Shown here piece by piece: positions 1 to 10,313 of a DNA stretch of 64,000 bases; the stretch's first letter is position 1, and each line of letters opens with the position of its first letter. The notes beneath the pieces are model-generated. The model did not search any database. It was not told where the DNA came from and was given only the letters and a program-made list of their open reading frames with translations. Origin of the DNA: Desulfobulbaceae bacterium (GTDB taxonomy: Bacteria; Desulfobacterota; Desulfobulbia; Desulfobulbales; SURF-16); the NCBI GenBank assembly GCA_024637145.1, contig JAGXFQ010000009.1:4629-68628 (forward strand), in the 5' to 3' direction. Made by a program: the position numbers and the translations under genes.

Positions 1-2
1 TT

Positions 3-2546
3 ACCGCGGATATCCTGGGTGCGGCCGCCACCAGTGACGAGGAGGCGGACCGTTATCTCCAGGATTATCTGAACCTTATTGCTCAACTGGCCGGGGCCGC
101 CAAGGAGTGGCCGGAAAATGAGCAGCTCTACTCCTCGCCCAGCGGGCCGGTGCCCAGGGCCCAGGTCTCGGTGCAGATTTCGGCCCTGGATCCCTATCTC
201 GATGCCGCCGATCACCAGGGTTCGGTGGCTCGCCTCAAGGAGAGGCTGCTGCCCCTGCTGCGGACCGCCCGCCGCCATCATGTCTTTATCAATTTTGACC
301 TGCAGCAATGGGCCGGCCACCATATCACCTATGATCTTTTTGAGGCCCTGGCCTGCCATCCCGATTTTTTTGACTGGCCCCATCTGGGCCTGGTCATCCA
401 GGCCTATCTCAAGACGGCCGGCAGCGACTGTGAGCGGCTCCTGGAGCTAAGCAAGAAGCGGGGCACCCCCTTTACCGTCCGCTTGGTCAAGGGGGCGTAT
501 TGGGATTATGAGGTGGTCCATGCCCGTCAAAACGGCTTTTCCTGCCCGGTCTACACCAATAAGGCGCGTACCGATGCCAGCTACGAGCATCTTACCGCCA
601 AGCTTATCGACAACCAGGAGCTGGTTACCCCGGCCTTTGCCAGCCATAACCTGCGCTCTCTGGTCCATGCCCTGGTCCTGGCGGAGGAGCAGGGGCTGCC
701 GCGCCACGCCTTTGAGCTCCAGATGCTCCACGGCATGGCCGAACCCCAGCACCGGGTGCTGGCCGAGGATGGCTACCGCCTCCGGATTCATACTCCCATG
801 GGTGCGCTTGTGCCCGGTATGGCCTATCTGGTCCGGCGTCTGCTGGAAAGCACCTCAAAGAGCGGTTTTTTGCGCCAGAGCTATCATGAGGGGGTGGCCA
901 TCGCCACCATGCTCAGCGCTCCGGACCCCGGCCCGGAGATGGCTGAGGAGGAGGGGCTGGTGCGCGGTGATCTCAACAGCCCTTTTTGCAACGTCAACCT
1001 CCTTGATTTCAGCGATTCCCAGGTGCGCAGCAGGATGGCGGCGAGTCTGGAGGCCATCAGGGAGAGGCTGCCCCTGCAGGTGCCCCTGGTGGTGGACGGC
1101 AGGATGAAGAACAAGGCCCTGCAGAAACATCTCTCCCCCAATGATCCCGCCCTGGTGGTGGCTGAGGTGAGCCAGACCAGCCGGCCGCAGGCCAGGAGGG
1201 CCGTGGCCGTGGCCAAAGAGGCGTTTGCCGCCTGGCGCGACAGGCCCCTGGTGGAGCGGGCCCAGTACCTGGCCACCCTGGCCGGTATCTTGGAGAAGGA
1301 CCGTTTTGAGCTGGCCGCCCTGCTGGCCCATGAGGTGGGCCGGCCGCGGCGGGAAGCCGATGGCGACGTGGCCCAGGCCATTGATTTCTGCCGCTATTAC
1401 GCGCGCCAGGCCCTCCTGGAGTTGCTGCCCAAAAAACAGGGGAATATGAACGGCGAGGAGAACAGCCTCTTTTATGAGGGGCGTGGACCCTGCCTGGTCA
1501 TTGCCCCCGGAAACTTTCCCCTGGCCGTTCTCTGCGGCATGACCGCCGCTGCCTTGGTGGCCGGCAACACGGTACTCATCAAGCCGGCCGGCGCTGCCAG
1601 TGCCACGGCCTTTGCCTTGTATCAGCGGCTGCTCCAGGCCGGCCTGCCGCCCCAGGTGGTCCAGTTTCTGCCGGGCTCCGGGGCGGAAATCGGTGCTTTC
1701 CTGGTGGAGCAGGTGGATATCTGCCAGATCGCCTTTGCCGGCTCCACCAAGGTGGGCCTGGGGATCATCGCCAAGGCGGGTCAGACCAGGGCCGGCCACA
1801 AGGAGGTGAAGCGGGTGGTCTGTGAGATGGGGGGCAAGAATGCCATTATCGTCGATGAGGACGCGGATATGGATGCCGCCCTCAAGGGCGTTATGGAGTC
1901 GGCGTTTGGCTATGCCGGCCAGCATTGCTCGGCCTGTTCCCGCCTTATCCTGGTGGGTGCTATCGCGGCAGCCTTCCTGCCCCGCCTGCTCGAGGCCTGT
2001 CGCACCCTGCCCATGGCCCCGGCCCCGGATCCGGCCTGCCGCCTGGGGCCGGTGATCAGCCAGGTCGCCCAGCACCGGCTGGGCCAGCTCCTTGCCACCC
2101 CGCCTCAGGGCGCCCGCCTCCTCTTTGCCGGGGAGGGCCGTTCTCCGGGCTATTTTGTTCCCCCTGCCATCTTTGAGGTGGCCAGGGCGGATCATCAACT
2201 GATGCAGGAGGAGTTATGCGGCCCCCTTTTGACGGTGATGCGGGTCGCTGATTTTAAGAGCGCCCTGGAGGTGGCCAACAGCACCCACTTTGCCCTCACC
2301 GGTGCCCTTTTTTCCCGCAGCCCCCGCAATATGGAGGCGGCCCGCCGTCATTTCAAGGTGGGTACTCTCTATCTCAACCGGGGCTGCGCCGGGGCCCGGG
2401 TCCAGGGCCAGCCCTTTGGCGGCTTCGGCCTGAGCGGTACGGGCACCAAGGCCGGCGGCCCGGGCTATCTCCAGCACTTCTGCAATCCGCGCTGTATCAG
2501 CGAGAACACCATGCGCAGCGGTTTTACGCCGGATCTGCAGATGTGA
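3..2546 (+). CDS. putA: Bifunctional proline dehydrogenase / L-glutamate-gamma-semialdehyde (P5C) dehydrogenase PutA, 5'-truncated by the window edge
   Basis: The frame is open from base 3 (TADILGAAATSDEE...), so track ORF 150..2546 is only part of the gene. It has a PRODH-type motif 'VRLVKGAYWDYE' followed by an aldehyde-dehydrogenase module ('EMGGKNAIIVD', catalytic-Cys region 'GQHCSACSRLI'). Confidence 0.85.
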   Translation, partial: TADILGAAATSDEEADRYLQDYLNLIAQLAGAAKEWPENEQLYSSPSGPVPRAQVSVQISALDPYLDAADHQGSVARLKERLLPLLRTARRHHVFINFDLQQWAGHHITYDLFEALACHPDFFDWPHLGLVIQAYLKTAGSDCERLLELSKKRGTPFTVRLVKGAYWDYEVVHARQNGFSCPVYTNKARTDASYEHLTAKLIDNQELVTPAFASHNLRSLVHALVLAEEQGLPRHAFELQMLHGMAEPQHRVLAEDGYRLRIHTPMGALVPGMAYLVRRLLESTSKSGFLRQSYHEGVAIATMLSAPDPGPEMAEEEGLVRGDLNSPFCNVNLLDFSDSQVRSRMAASLEAIRERLPLQVPLVVDGRMKNKALQKHLSPNDPALVVAEVSQTSRPQARRAVAVAKEAFAAWRDRPLVERAQYLATLAGILEKDRFELAALLAHEVGRPRREADGDVAQAIDFCRYYARQALLELLPKKQGNMNGEENSLFYEGRGPCLVIAPGNFPLAVLCGMTAAALVAGNTVLIKPAGAASATAFALYQRLLQAGLPPQVVQFLPGSGAEIGAFLVEQVDICQIAFAGSTKVGLGIIAKAGQTRAGHKEVKRVVCEMGGKNAIIVDEDADMDAALKGVMESAFGYAGQHCSACSRLILVGAIAAAFLPRLLEACRTLPMAPAPDPACRLGPVISQVAQHRLGQLLATPPQGARLLFAGEGRSPGYFVPPAIFEVARADHQLMQEELCGPLLTVMRVADFKSALEVANSTHFALTGALFSRSPRNMEAARRHFKVGTLYLNRGCAGARVQGQPFGGFGLSGTGTKAGGPGYLQHFCNPRCISENTMRSGFTPDLQM

Positions 2547-2667
2547 AGAGTTCCTACCTTTATCTGGAGAAGGGCCGGGCTGCTTCGGTAAGCAGAAAGA
2601 AGTCGCTCCTGGCAGGAAAATAAGCTATTCTCCTGGTCAGTCAATCAATGTCTGACCAGGAGAAACC

Positions 2668-3648
2668 ATGGCTAAATACAAACCGCAGCATGCACGGCTG
2701 CTCTTTATTGATCGCAAGATCCAGGAGGGGGGCTTTCCCAACTGCAGCTCTCTGGCGGCCGAGTGGGAGGTGAGCAGCAAGACCATCCAGCGCGATTTCG
2801 ACTATCTGCGCTACCAGCTTGAGGCCCCTTTGACCTATTCGGCCACGGAGCGCGGTTATTATTATACGGAGCCGCGCTACCATCTGCCGGCCATGGACGT
2901 CAAGGAGAGCGATCTCTTTGCCATCTATCTGGCTGAAAAGCTGCTGCAGCAGTATGAGGGGACCCCGGTCTACCACAATCTCTGTCAGGTCTTCCGGAAG
3001 ATCGAGGACTCCCTGCCGGCCAAGACCTCCCTGGGGCCTGGTTCTGATTTTTCCAGATTCACCTTCTTTTCAGCGGCCCAGACCATGATCAGTCCCGGCA
3101 TCTGGCAGGCGGTCTTTGAGGGGCTGCGCTCCCTGCACAGCCTGGAGATCAGCTACCAGGCCGCCGCCGGCGGCGGCCGCTCATCGCGGCGGCGTATTGA
3201 CCCCTATCATGGCGTGCGCTTTGAGGGTGACTGGTACGTCATTGCCTATTGTCATCTGCGCCAGAAGATCCGCACCTTCAGCCTGGCCCGGATCTCAGAG
3301 GCCACGCTCAGCCAGGAGGCCTTTGTTGTCCCGGCTGATTTTGATTTTGAGGCCATCACTGCCAGCCATTTCGGGGTGCATTGGAGTGCTGAAAAAACCA
3401 AGGTCCGCGTCCGCTTCAGTAACCAGGTGGCCCCTTATATCAGGGAGCGCCTCTGGCATGCCAGTCAGCAGATCATCGAAGAGGAGGATGGCGCTCTGCT
3501 TCTTGAGCTCACCGTCAGCCACCTCTTTGAGTTGCGGAAGTGGCTGCTCTCCTGGGGCCGCCAGGCCCAGGTTTTAGAACCGTCAGAATTAGTGGAGGAG
3601 ATGGCGGCTGAGACATTTGCCATGGCTCAGCTTTATGATGAGGGTTAA
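2668..3648 (+). CDS. HTH + WYL domain transcriptional regulator
   Basis: N-terminal HTH-like segment ('SSLAAEWEVSSKTIQRDFDYLR'). Central WYL-type core 'RRRIDPYHGVRFEGDWYVIAYCHLRQKIRTFSLARI'. C-terminal WCX-like extension. RBS-like 'ggagaaacc' lies before the ATG. Confidence 0.8.
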   Translation: MAKYKPQHARLLFIDRKIQEGGFPNCSSLAAEWEVSSKTIQRDFDYLRYQLEAPLTYSATERGYYYTEPRYHLPAMDVKESDLFAIYLAEKLLQQYEGTPVYHNLCQVFRKIEDSLPAKTSLGPGSDFSRFTFFSAAQTMISPGIWQAVFEGLRSLHSLEISYQAAAGGGRSSRRRIDPYHGVRFEGDWYVIAYCHLRQKIRTFSLARISEATLSQEAFVVPADFDFEAITASHFGVHWSAEKTKVRVRFSNQVAPYIRERLWHASQQIIEEEDGALLLELTVSHLFELRKWLLSWGRQAQVLEPSELVEEMAAETFAMAQLYDEG

Positions 3649-3670
3649 ACTTCGCCCTGGAGTGGGAGTA

Positions 3671-3892
3671 AGGGGACCTTGGGTGGTGTTTTTGTTTTGG
3701 TTGCCCGGGGAGTTTGTTCTTTTTTGTTTGCCCAAAAAGTAACGCAAAAAGGGCACCCCGGCAGACTTGGCCTGCGGCCCGCTCGCCTTCCGCCCTGAAA
3801 AGGGAACTGTAAAAACTCGCTTCGCTCAAACAGTTTACAGTTCTTATCCTTTTCCCGGCTCCCTGCTCGCTCAAGTCTGCAATGGGGAAAGG
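3671..3892 (+). repeat. Copy A of a ~225-nt structured intergenic repeat (left arm of a large foldback)
   Basis: By eye it aligns at roughly 75-80% identity to the reverse complement of 4081..4306. It contains an internal hairpin GAACTGTAAA(3804-3813)/TTTACAGTTC(3834-3843). Confidence 0.8.
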
Positions 3893-4080
3893 CACCTTAG
3901 GATCCTACTGTGTAGGCCTGCTCCTTAAAACGTCCTCGGCCACAACCGCATCCATAGTGGCATACAGTGTGCGGGGGGGGGACTTGTCAAAATCATCTCT
4001 GCTCTCATGTCACTTATTATACAAATGATTCCCTAACATATTTTAATACCGTTACAATATCGCCCGCAGGGCATCTCTAT

Positions 4081-4306
4081 TGACCTTCCCCATTCAGCCC
4101 TGAGCTCGATTTTCGGCTGGAAAAGGATAAGCATTGTAAATTGTCTGAGCGAAAGCGAGTTTTTACAATGCCCTTTTCCAGTCGAAAATCGGGCGCGCCG
4201 CAGGCCAGGGCTGCTGGGGCGTCCTTTTTCGGTTCCTTTTTAGACGAGTAAAAAGGAACAAACTCTCCCGGGCAACCAAGACAAAAGAAACATCCAAGGT
4301 CCTTTT
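4081..4306 (-). repeat. Copy B of the same ~225-nt repeat, inverted relative to copy A
   Basis: The reverse complement aligns with 3671..3892 (shared blocks GGACCTTGG, TTGGTTGCCCGGG, GGCCTGCGGC, TGTAAAAACTCGCTT, CTTATCCTTTTCC). The internal hairpin stem is GCATTGTAAA/TTTACAATGC, with base changes compensated relative to copy A. Confidence 0.8.
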
Positions 4307-4327
4307 CCACCAAAACAGCACATCATA

Positions 4328-5854
4328 TTACCCTTCCAACTCCTCCTCCACAGCCGCCGCTTCAAGCAACTGACTGTCCAAAGTCTTCTTGGTCTTTGCC
4401 CCCAGCTTCTTCAACTTCTCTGTCCTTCCCACCAGATTACCCTTGCCGCTGGTAAGGCGCTTATGGGCGGTATCATAGCTCTCGGTGGCCTTTTTGAGCT
4501 GACTGCCCACCTGCTCCAGGGCCTCGACAAACAGGGCGAATTGGTCGTAGAGACGACCGGCGTCGGTGGCGATCTTCAGGGCGTTGATATTCTGCTTTTC
4601 GTAGCGCCAGATATTATAGATGATCTGCAGGGTGGCCATCAGGGTGGAGGGGCTGACCAGAAGGATGTGACGGTTGAAGGCCTCGCTGAACAGGCCTGGC
4701 TCCTGTTCAAAGGCCAGGAGCAGGGCGGGCTCAATGGGGACGAACATGATCACCAGGTCCAGGGAGTTGACGCCGATGAGTTCATCATATTTCTTGGTAC
4801 TGAGGCCGCTTATATGGCGGCGCATGGCGGCGAGATGATTTCTGATGTGGAGCTGTCGACCGCTGTCGCTGTCAGCGGTGTGGTACTGCTCATAGGCCAC
4901 CAGGGAGACCTTGGAGTCGATGACCACATCTTTTTTCTCCGGCAGATGCACCACCACATCGGGCTGCAGGCGTTTGCCCTCCCCGTTGTGGTGGTTGACC
5001 TGGACCTGGTACTCCCGGCCTTTTTCAAGGCCGGACTCCTCCAGGAGGCGCTCCAGCTGCATCTCGCCCCAGTTGCCGCGCAGCTTGCTGTCGCCTTTTA
5101 AGGCCCGGGTCAGGTTGAGGGCGTCGGCGCCGATGCGCTCGTTCAATGATTTGAGCTGTCTGATTTCCGAGAGCAGGGAGGCCCGCTCTTTGTTTTCCGT
5201 GTCATAGACATGGTCCACCCTTTGCCGGAAATGGCTGAGCTGTTCCTGCATGGGGGTGAGCATGGCTTCCATATTCATCTTGCTCACCTGGCTGAACTTT
5301 TCCTGCTTCTCTTCGAAGATGCGGTTGGCCAGGTTCTCAAACTCCTTGGTCATCTTCACCTCGGCCTGTTCCAGGAGCCTGAGCTTGTCATCTGCTGCTT
5401 TGCGTTCCTCAATCATCTGCGCCTGCAGGGCGGCATATTCATTAGCAACGCCATGTTTTTGCTCCCGCAGGGTGTTGACCTCGCACCGGGCCGCATCGCG
5501 CTCCTGGGTGAGCTCAGCCAAGCGGTGCAGCCGGGTGGTTAAGGAGGCCATCTCCGCCTGCAGACGGGTGTGGCTGTTGTTAAGGGCCTCTATCTCGGCG
5601 GCCAGCTGGTTGCGCTGGGCCACCAGGGCTGCCTGCTGCCTGCCCCCTTCCTCTTGCCGCCGGTGATTCTCCGCCTCCAGGGCCACGGCCCGCTCGGTGA
5701 GGATGGCAAGCTGGCGATCAAGGGCAATGGCGTTCTCCTGGCTGGCCGCCAGTTGTTGTTTGAGGGCGAACTGCCTGGTGATGAGGAAAAGAAGAATCAC
5801 GGCCATGGTGCCTAGGGCCAGGAGCCATGGGGTGCTTTCAGGGAAGGAGGGCAT
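4328..5854 (-). CDS. rmuC: DNA recombination protein RmuC
   Basis: N-terminal TM helix, a long coiled-coil, and an RmuC nuclease-like core ('LQPDVVVHLPEKKDVVIDSKVSLVAYEQY', 'DLVIMFVPIEPA'). Confidence 0.85.
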   Translation of the reverse strand: MPSFPESTPWLLALGTMAVILLFLITRQFALKQQLAASQENAIALDRQLAILTERAVALEAENHRRQEEGGRQQAALVAQRNQLAAEIEALNNSHTRLQAEMASLTTRLHRLAELTQERDAARCEVNTLREQKHGVANEYAALQAQMIEERKAADDKLRLLEQAEVKMTKEFENLANRIFEEKQEKFSQVSKMNMEAMLTPMQEQLSHFRQRVDHVYDTENKERASLLSEIRQLKSLNERIGADALNLTRALKGDSKLRGNWGEMQLERLLEESGLEKGREYQVQVNHHNGEGKRLQPDVVVHLPEKKDVVIDSKVSLVAYEQYHTADSDSGRQLHIRNHLAAMRRHISGLSTKKYDELIGVNSLDLVIMFVPIEPALLLAFEQEPGLFSEAFNRHILLVSPSTLMATLQIIYNIWRYEKQNINALKIATDAGRLYDQFALFVEALEQVGSQLKKATESYDTAHKRLTSGKGNLVGRTEKLKKLGAKTKKTLDSQLLEAAAVEEELEG

Positions 5855-6179
5855 GGGGCAGGTATCTCTCTCTTTGAGGTAACATGAAATAATTTCTTGA
5901 GGTATGGAGATACCATCATTACCAGGCCATGGCTATCCTCTGGCGGCAATTTTTATCGTCCCCATGACCAACTGCCCAGCCGTTTTTTTTGGGTGAACAG
6001 GGCCGGGGCCATAAAAGAGGGGAAGGGAGAAGGGCGTGGCTGCCCTTCAGGAAGGGCCAGGGGGAGGGGGAGGAGTGGTGGCGCCGGGCCGGGCCGGGGG
6101 GATGGGCCGGAGTGGCCTCATCCCGGCAAAGGATGGCAAAGGGCAAAGAAGCAAGGAGGAGCTGTCAGGCGGGCGGTCT

Positions 6180-6632
6180 TTACTCCTCCACAGGCCGGGG
6201 TTTAATGGTCAGAACAGGACAGGTTGCCGTCTTTACCACCTTTTCCGCCACGGAGCCGAAAAGAATCTTCTCTAAGCCCTGAAAACCATGGGTGCCCATA
6301 ACAATGAGATCCACCTGGCGCTCTTTGGCCAGGGTGAGAATCTCATGGGCCACATTGCCCATGCGTACACATTCTTCAATTTTAATGTTGTTGCCGTGTT
6401 TTTCGACAAAGCGATGCATCCGCTCTTTGGCGGCCCTGTCAATTTCTTCTTCCATGGTCACGATGGGCACCTGCGGAATGTAAAAATCAGAATAATCTGT
6501 ATAGAGTTGGGCCACAAAGCAGATAAGGAGAGGGGACTTGAAGTGGTGCGCAACAGTGAGGGCGTATTCCATGACAAGTTCGGCATTGTCGGAAAAATCA
6601 ATGGGCACAAGAATGTTCTTGATGGTGATCAT
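6180..6632 (-). CDS. Universal stress protein (UspA family)
   Basis: 'ILVPIDFSDNAE...' N-terminus and the C-terminal ATP-binding style motif 'DLIVMGTHGFQGLEKILFGSVAEKVVKTATCPVLTIK'. Confidence 0.85.
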   Translation of the reverse strand: MITIKNILVPIDFSDNAELVMEYALTVAHHFKSPLLICFVAQLYTDYSDFYIPQVPIVTMEEEIDRAAKERMHRFVEKHGNNIKIEECVRMGNVAHEILTLAKERQVDLIVMGTHGFQGLEKILFGSVAEKVVKTATCPVLTIKPRPVEE

Positions 6633-7190
6633 GGGAGATCTCCCGGCTGAGGTGATGAGTTGTTGTTTCCTCTATAATTATATTGTAGGGCCCGACAGCG
6701 GTGTTTGTCGAGGATCTTTGTAGGCAAGCTCTTTTTTTTGCAGGGAAAAATTGCGGGAGAGAGGGAAAGCGAGCTTTTGGGGGGGGCGGAGAGGAAATTT
6801 CTGGAAAATTTCCTAGGTAGTCAGCTGCGGCCCGTTATTTTTGAAGAGGCTCGAACTGGCTGAAAATGGGCCGTAATTTATTTGCCGCCCCAAGGGTTAG
6901 AACCTAGGTAAACACTGAAATTGCGTTGCTTTTTGGTCTCTTTCGGAGGGGTAAAAAAAGTTGACAGCATATTTGTTCTATAGTAATCAATCACTGGTTT
7001 AATGAGGAGTCATTCAGTAATTGTCCACAGAATTTTTTTGCCTGCAATTTGTTGCTGCCCCGGGAAGGCTCGCAAGGCGAGTGCAGGTTTTTGATTTTTG
7101 GTTTTTGGTTTGAGCTGTATGCGGCTGCTCTCGTGTCAAGTGGGGAACGCGGCAAATACATGACAAAAAGAAGAGGAGGAAGGGAAACTT

Positions 7191-7616
7191 ATGATTACTA
7201 TTGACTTGACTATGCCGATGCAGATCCTGAACATCATTATCTTAATGATGGTGTTGAATGTGACTCTGTATCGTCCGGTCAGAAATATTCTGGCTCGGCG
7301 CAAGGAAAAGTTTGAGAGCCTCGCGACAGAAGTGGAAAACTATAAGAAAAATGCCCAATTACGGGTTGAAGAGTTTGATTCTAAGATGAATGACGCCCGG
7401 CGCAAGGCCAAGGCGGAGTTTGATGGAGCCAAGGCCTCTGCGCAGGCGGCCGGAAATGAGAAACTTGCTGAGATTCGGGGTGAGGCTGATAAGGCCAAGG
7501 CCGAACAATTAAGCATAGTTGCATCAGAATTCAGCGCTGCCCAGAAAGAGCTGACTGGCAAGATCGATGACTTTGCCAAGGACATGGCCGGTAAAATTCT
7601 GGGGAGGGCTGTTTGA
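7191..7616 (+). CDS. atpF: F0F1 ATP synthase subunit b' (second b-type stalk subunit)
   Basis: Single N-terminal TM helix followed by a charged, Ala-rich coiled-coil. It is the first gene of the atp operon, has a strong RBS 'aggaggaaggg', and its stop overlaps the next start (ATGA). Confidence 0.8.
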   Translation: MITIDLTMPMQILNIIILMMVLNVTLYRPVRNILARRKEKFESLATEVENYKKNAQLRVEEFDSKMNDARRKAKAEFDGAKASAQAAGNEKLAEIRGEADKAKAEQLSIVASEFSAAQKELTGKIDDFAKDMAGKILGRAV

Positions 7617-8230
7617 TGAGGAGAGATATTAATTGGTCCAAGCTGGGGATTGCAGCTCTGGCACTGGTGGCAATGACCGGATGTGCCGCCCTGGCATATG
7701 CCGTAACCGATCCTCACGCTGCAGCCGGTGGATTCTTGGGAATCCCGGCGCACAAGTGGACGGATCTCGGCTGGCGCGCCATGAACTTTGCCGCCCTGGT
7801 TATCATTCTGGTCTGGTTCCTCAAAAAGCCCATTGTCGACGGCCTGCGCGGTCGCCGCCAGCACATCAGCGATGAGTTTGATGAGCTGGAGAGCAAACGC
7901 AGTGAGGCTGAGCGGATGTATCAGGAGTATGCCTCCCGTCTCGCCGGTCTTGATGAGGAGCTCAAGATAATGGTGGCAACAGCCGTTACCCAGGGTGAGG
8001 TGGAAAAAGAGCGGATTATTGCCGAGGCTAACGATGCGGCGGCGCAGATCACCCGGCAGGCGGAGTTGGCAGTGGCCAATGCGGTTGCTGAGTCCAAACT
8101 GAATCTCAGGCGTGAAGTTGCCGATCTGGCAGCGGTCATGGCTGAGGATATTATCAAGAATAACCTTAATGCCGATGATCAGGTTGCTCTGGTTGAGGGT
8201 TATTTAGCCAAAGTGGGAGGTGCCGCATAA
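7613..8230 (+). CDS. atpF: F0F1 ATP synthase subunit b
   Basis: TM helix plus a long coiled-coil ('DEFDELESKRSEAERMYQEY...'). It sits between b' and delta and is translationally coupled on both sides. Confidence 0.8.
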   Translation: MMRRDINWSKLGIAALALVAMTGCAALAYAVTDPHAAAGGFLGIPAHKWTDLGWRAMNFAALVIILVWFLKKPIVDGLRGRRQHISDEFDELESKRSEAERMYQEYASRLAGLDEELKIMVATAVTQGEVEKERIIAEANDAAAQITRQAELAVANAVAESKLNLRREVADLAAVMAEDIIKNNLNADDQVALVEGYLAKVGGAA

Positions 8231-8775
8231 TGAAGAACGCAGTCCTTGCAAAACGTTATGCCAAGGCCCTTTTTGCCATTGGTAAGGAAGAAAACGCCCT
8301 TGATGAGTATGCCGTAAGTCTCAGCGAGTTTGCAGCCATGGTTGCAGGCAGCCCGGAACTTGTCGATGCTCTGTCCAATCCCCTGTATCCCTTGGATGCA
8401 CGGGAAGGGATCATGAAGGAGCTGGTCAAGGCCGCCGGCGTTTCAACCATGATCGGCAATTTCCTGCGGCTTCTTGTCCAGAAGCGGCGGGCAGATGTTC
8501 TTACCGATATTACGGAGATGTTTCAGGTTCTCGTTGATCAGGAAAACAACACCTGTCAGGGTGTGGTCACCTCTGCCACCGAGATGTCAGCAGGCCTTCA
8601 GGCCAAGATCCAGGAAACTTTAGAGAAAATAACCGGGAAGCGTGTAACTGTAACCAGCAAGGTTGATCCGTCCATCATTGGCGGCATGATCGCCAAGGTT
8701 GGCGACTTGGTCATGGATGGCAGTATTAAGACGCAGCTCGCAGTTTTAAAAGAGTCTATTAAGGGGAGTGAATAA
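8230..8775 (+). CDS. atpH: F0F1 ATP synthase subunit delta (OSCP)
   Basis: '[17 protein letters not shown]' OSCP-type N-terminus and '[25 protein letters not shown]' C-terminus. Its operon position is before alpha. Confidence 0.9.
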   Translation: MKNAVLAKRYAKALFAIGKEENALDEYAVSLSEFAAMVAGSPELVDALSNPLYPLDAREGIMKELVKAAGVSTMIGNFLRLLVQKRRADVLTDITEMFQVLVDQENNTCQGVVTSATEMSAGLQAKIQETLEKITGKRVTVTSKVDPSIIGGMIAKVGDLVMDGSIKTQLAVLKESIKGSE

Positions 8776-8779
8776 AGCA

Positions 8780-10303
8780 ATGCAGATTAAAGCTGAAGAA
8801 ATCAGTCAAATTATCAAAGGCCAGATCAAGGATTTCGAGACCAAGGCGGATCTGAGTGAAACCGGAACCGTTATCTCTGTTGGTGATGGTATCGCCCGGG
8901 TCAGTGGTGTGGAGAATTGCATGGCCATGGAGCTTCTTGAGTTTCCTGGCGGCATTCTGGGCCTTGCCCTCAACCTTGAGGCCGACAACGTAGGTTGTGC
9001 GGTGCTTGGTAGTGTTGCCGGTATTAAAGAAGGCGACATCGTCAAACGTACCGGCAAGATTGCTGAGGTTCCTGTTGGTCCTGAGATGGAAGGCCGCGTT
9101 GTTGATGGTGTTGGTTTCCCCATTGACGGGCAAGGACCCATCAACGCCAAGCACTCCTCCAAGATCGAGGTTCTGGCCCCCGGCGTTATTGCCCGTAAGG
9201 GTGTGCATGAGCCCTGCTACACCGGTGCCAAGGCCATTGACGCCATGACCCCGGTTGGCCGTGGTCAGCGTGAGCTGGTTATTGGTGATCGCCAGATCGG
9301 CAAGACCGCGGTCTGTGTTGACGCCATCATTGCCCAGCGCGACACCGACGTTCATTGTATCTATGTTGCCATCGGTCAGAAAAAGTCCACCGTTGCCCTG
9401 GTTGTTGAGGCGCTGCGTAAGAACAACGCCATGGAATACACCACTGTTGTGGCCGCCTGTGCCTCTGATCCGGCGCCCATGCAGTATGTCTCCGCCTTTG
9501 CCGGCACCTCCATGGGTGAGTATTTCCGTGATCGTGGTCAGCATGCCCTGATCATCTATGATGATCTTTCCAAGCAGGCGGTTGCCTATCGTGAGCTTTC
9601 TCTGCTCCTGCGTCGTCCACCAGGACGTGAGGCCTACCCCGGTGACATTTTCTTCAACCATAGTCGTCTCCTGGAGCGCTCCTCAAAGCTTTCCGATGAG
9701 CTCGGCGCCGGTTCCCTCACCGCTCTGCCCATTATCGAGACCCAGGCCGGTGATGTTTCCGCCTTTATTCCCACCAACGTTATTTCCATTACCGATGGTC
9801 AGGTATACCTGGAGCCCAACCTCTTTTTCTCCGGTGTTCGTCCGGCCATTAACGTTGGTCTCTCCGTATCCCGTGTTGGTGGTGCGGCCCAGGTTAAGGC
9901 CATGAAGCAGGTTGCAGGCAGCCTGCGTCTTGATCTTGCCCAGTACCGTGAGCTGGCCGCCTTTGCCGGTTTTGGATCTGACCTTGATGCCGCCACCCAG
10001 GCCCAGTTGACCCGTGGTGCGCGTCTGGTGGAGATTCTCAAGCAGCCCCAGTATCAGCCGCTGCCCATGGAAAAGCAGGTGAGTATTATTTTCGCCGGCA
10101 CCAAGGGCTATCTGGATACCCTGCCCATTGAGTCCCTTGCTGAATATGAGCAGGATCTCTATTCCCATATCACTGCCTCGGCCCCGGAGATCTTCGACAC
10201 CTTGAAAGAGAAGAAAGAGATCGATAAGGCCCTGGAAGAGAAGATGCACGCTACCATGAAAGCCTTCACCGCGACGTTTAAGGCTTCTAAAGGTATCAAC
10301 TAA
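8780..10303 (+). CDS. atpA: F0F1 ATP synthase subunit alpha
   Basis: '[13 protein letters not shown]' N-terminus and P-loop 'GDRQIGKT'. The track ORF begins at GTG 8768, but ATG 8780 sits a good distance from RBS 'aaggggag'. Confidence 0.95.
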   Translation: MQIKAEEISQIIKGQIKDFETKADLSETGTVISVGDGIARVSGVENCMAMELLEFPGGILGLALNLEADNVGCAVLGSVAGIKEGDIVKRTGKIAEVPVGPEMEGRVVDGVGFPIDGQGPINAKHSSKIEVLAPGVIARKGVHEPCYTGAKAIDAMTPVGRGQRELVIGDRQIGKTAVCVDAIIAQRDTDVHCIYVAIGQKKSTVALVVEALRKNNAMEYTTVVAACASDPAPMQYVSAFAGTSMGEYFRDRGQHALIIYDDLSKQAVAYRELSLLLRRPPGREAYPGDIFFNHSRLLERSSKLSDELGAGSLTALPIIETQAGDVSAFIPTNVISITDGQVYLEPNLFFSGVRPAINVGLSVSRVGGAAQVKAMKQVAGSLRLDLAQYRELAAFAGFGSDLDAATQAQLTRGARLVEILKQPQYQPLPMEKQVSIIFAGTKGYLDTLPIESLAEYEQDLYSHITASAPEIFDTLKEKKEIDKALEEKMHATMKAFTATFKASKGIN

Positions 10304-10313
10304 GGGGGCGGTA

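Noticed and set aside
855-2198. 447-aa minus-strand ORF inside putA, plus several smaller ORFs in 79..2477.
   Set aside because: They are antisense or alternate-frame shadows of putA, with a G/R/P/A-rich composition and no RBS or motifs.
3515-4313. ORFs 3515..3895 (126 aa) and 4077..4313 (78 aa) in the WYL/rmuC spacer.
   Set aside because: They lie within the two inverted repeat copies but on non-equivalent strands of the repeat unit, so no reading frame is conserved between copies. They are treated as non-coding repeat sequence.
2668-5854. WYL regulator + RmuC as a possible defence island.
   Set aside because: No additional nuclease, ATPase, methylase or effector genes are present. The spacer holds only non-coding repeats, rmuC is a widespread housekeeping gene, and the two genes are convergent rather than an operon.
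5897-6282. Overlapping G-rich ORFs (102, 97, 79 and 75 aa) between rmuC and the usp gene.
   Set aside because: They are mutually overlapping frames in a purine/G-rich spacer, with G/R/E low-complexity translations and no RBS.
6961-6987. Sigma-70-like promoter for the atp operon (TTGACA ... TATAGTAAT).
   Set aside because: The -35 is perfect, but no -10 hexamer falls at a 16-18-nt spacing with a good TAnnnT match. It is mentioned in a finding rather than called as a feature.
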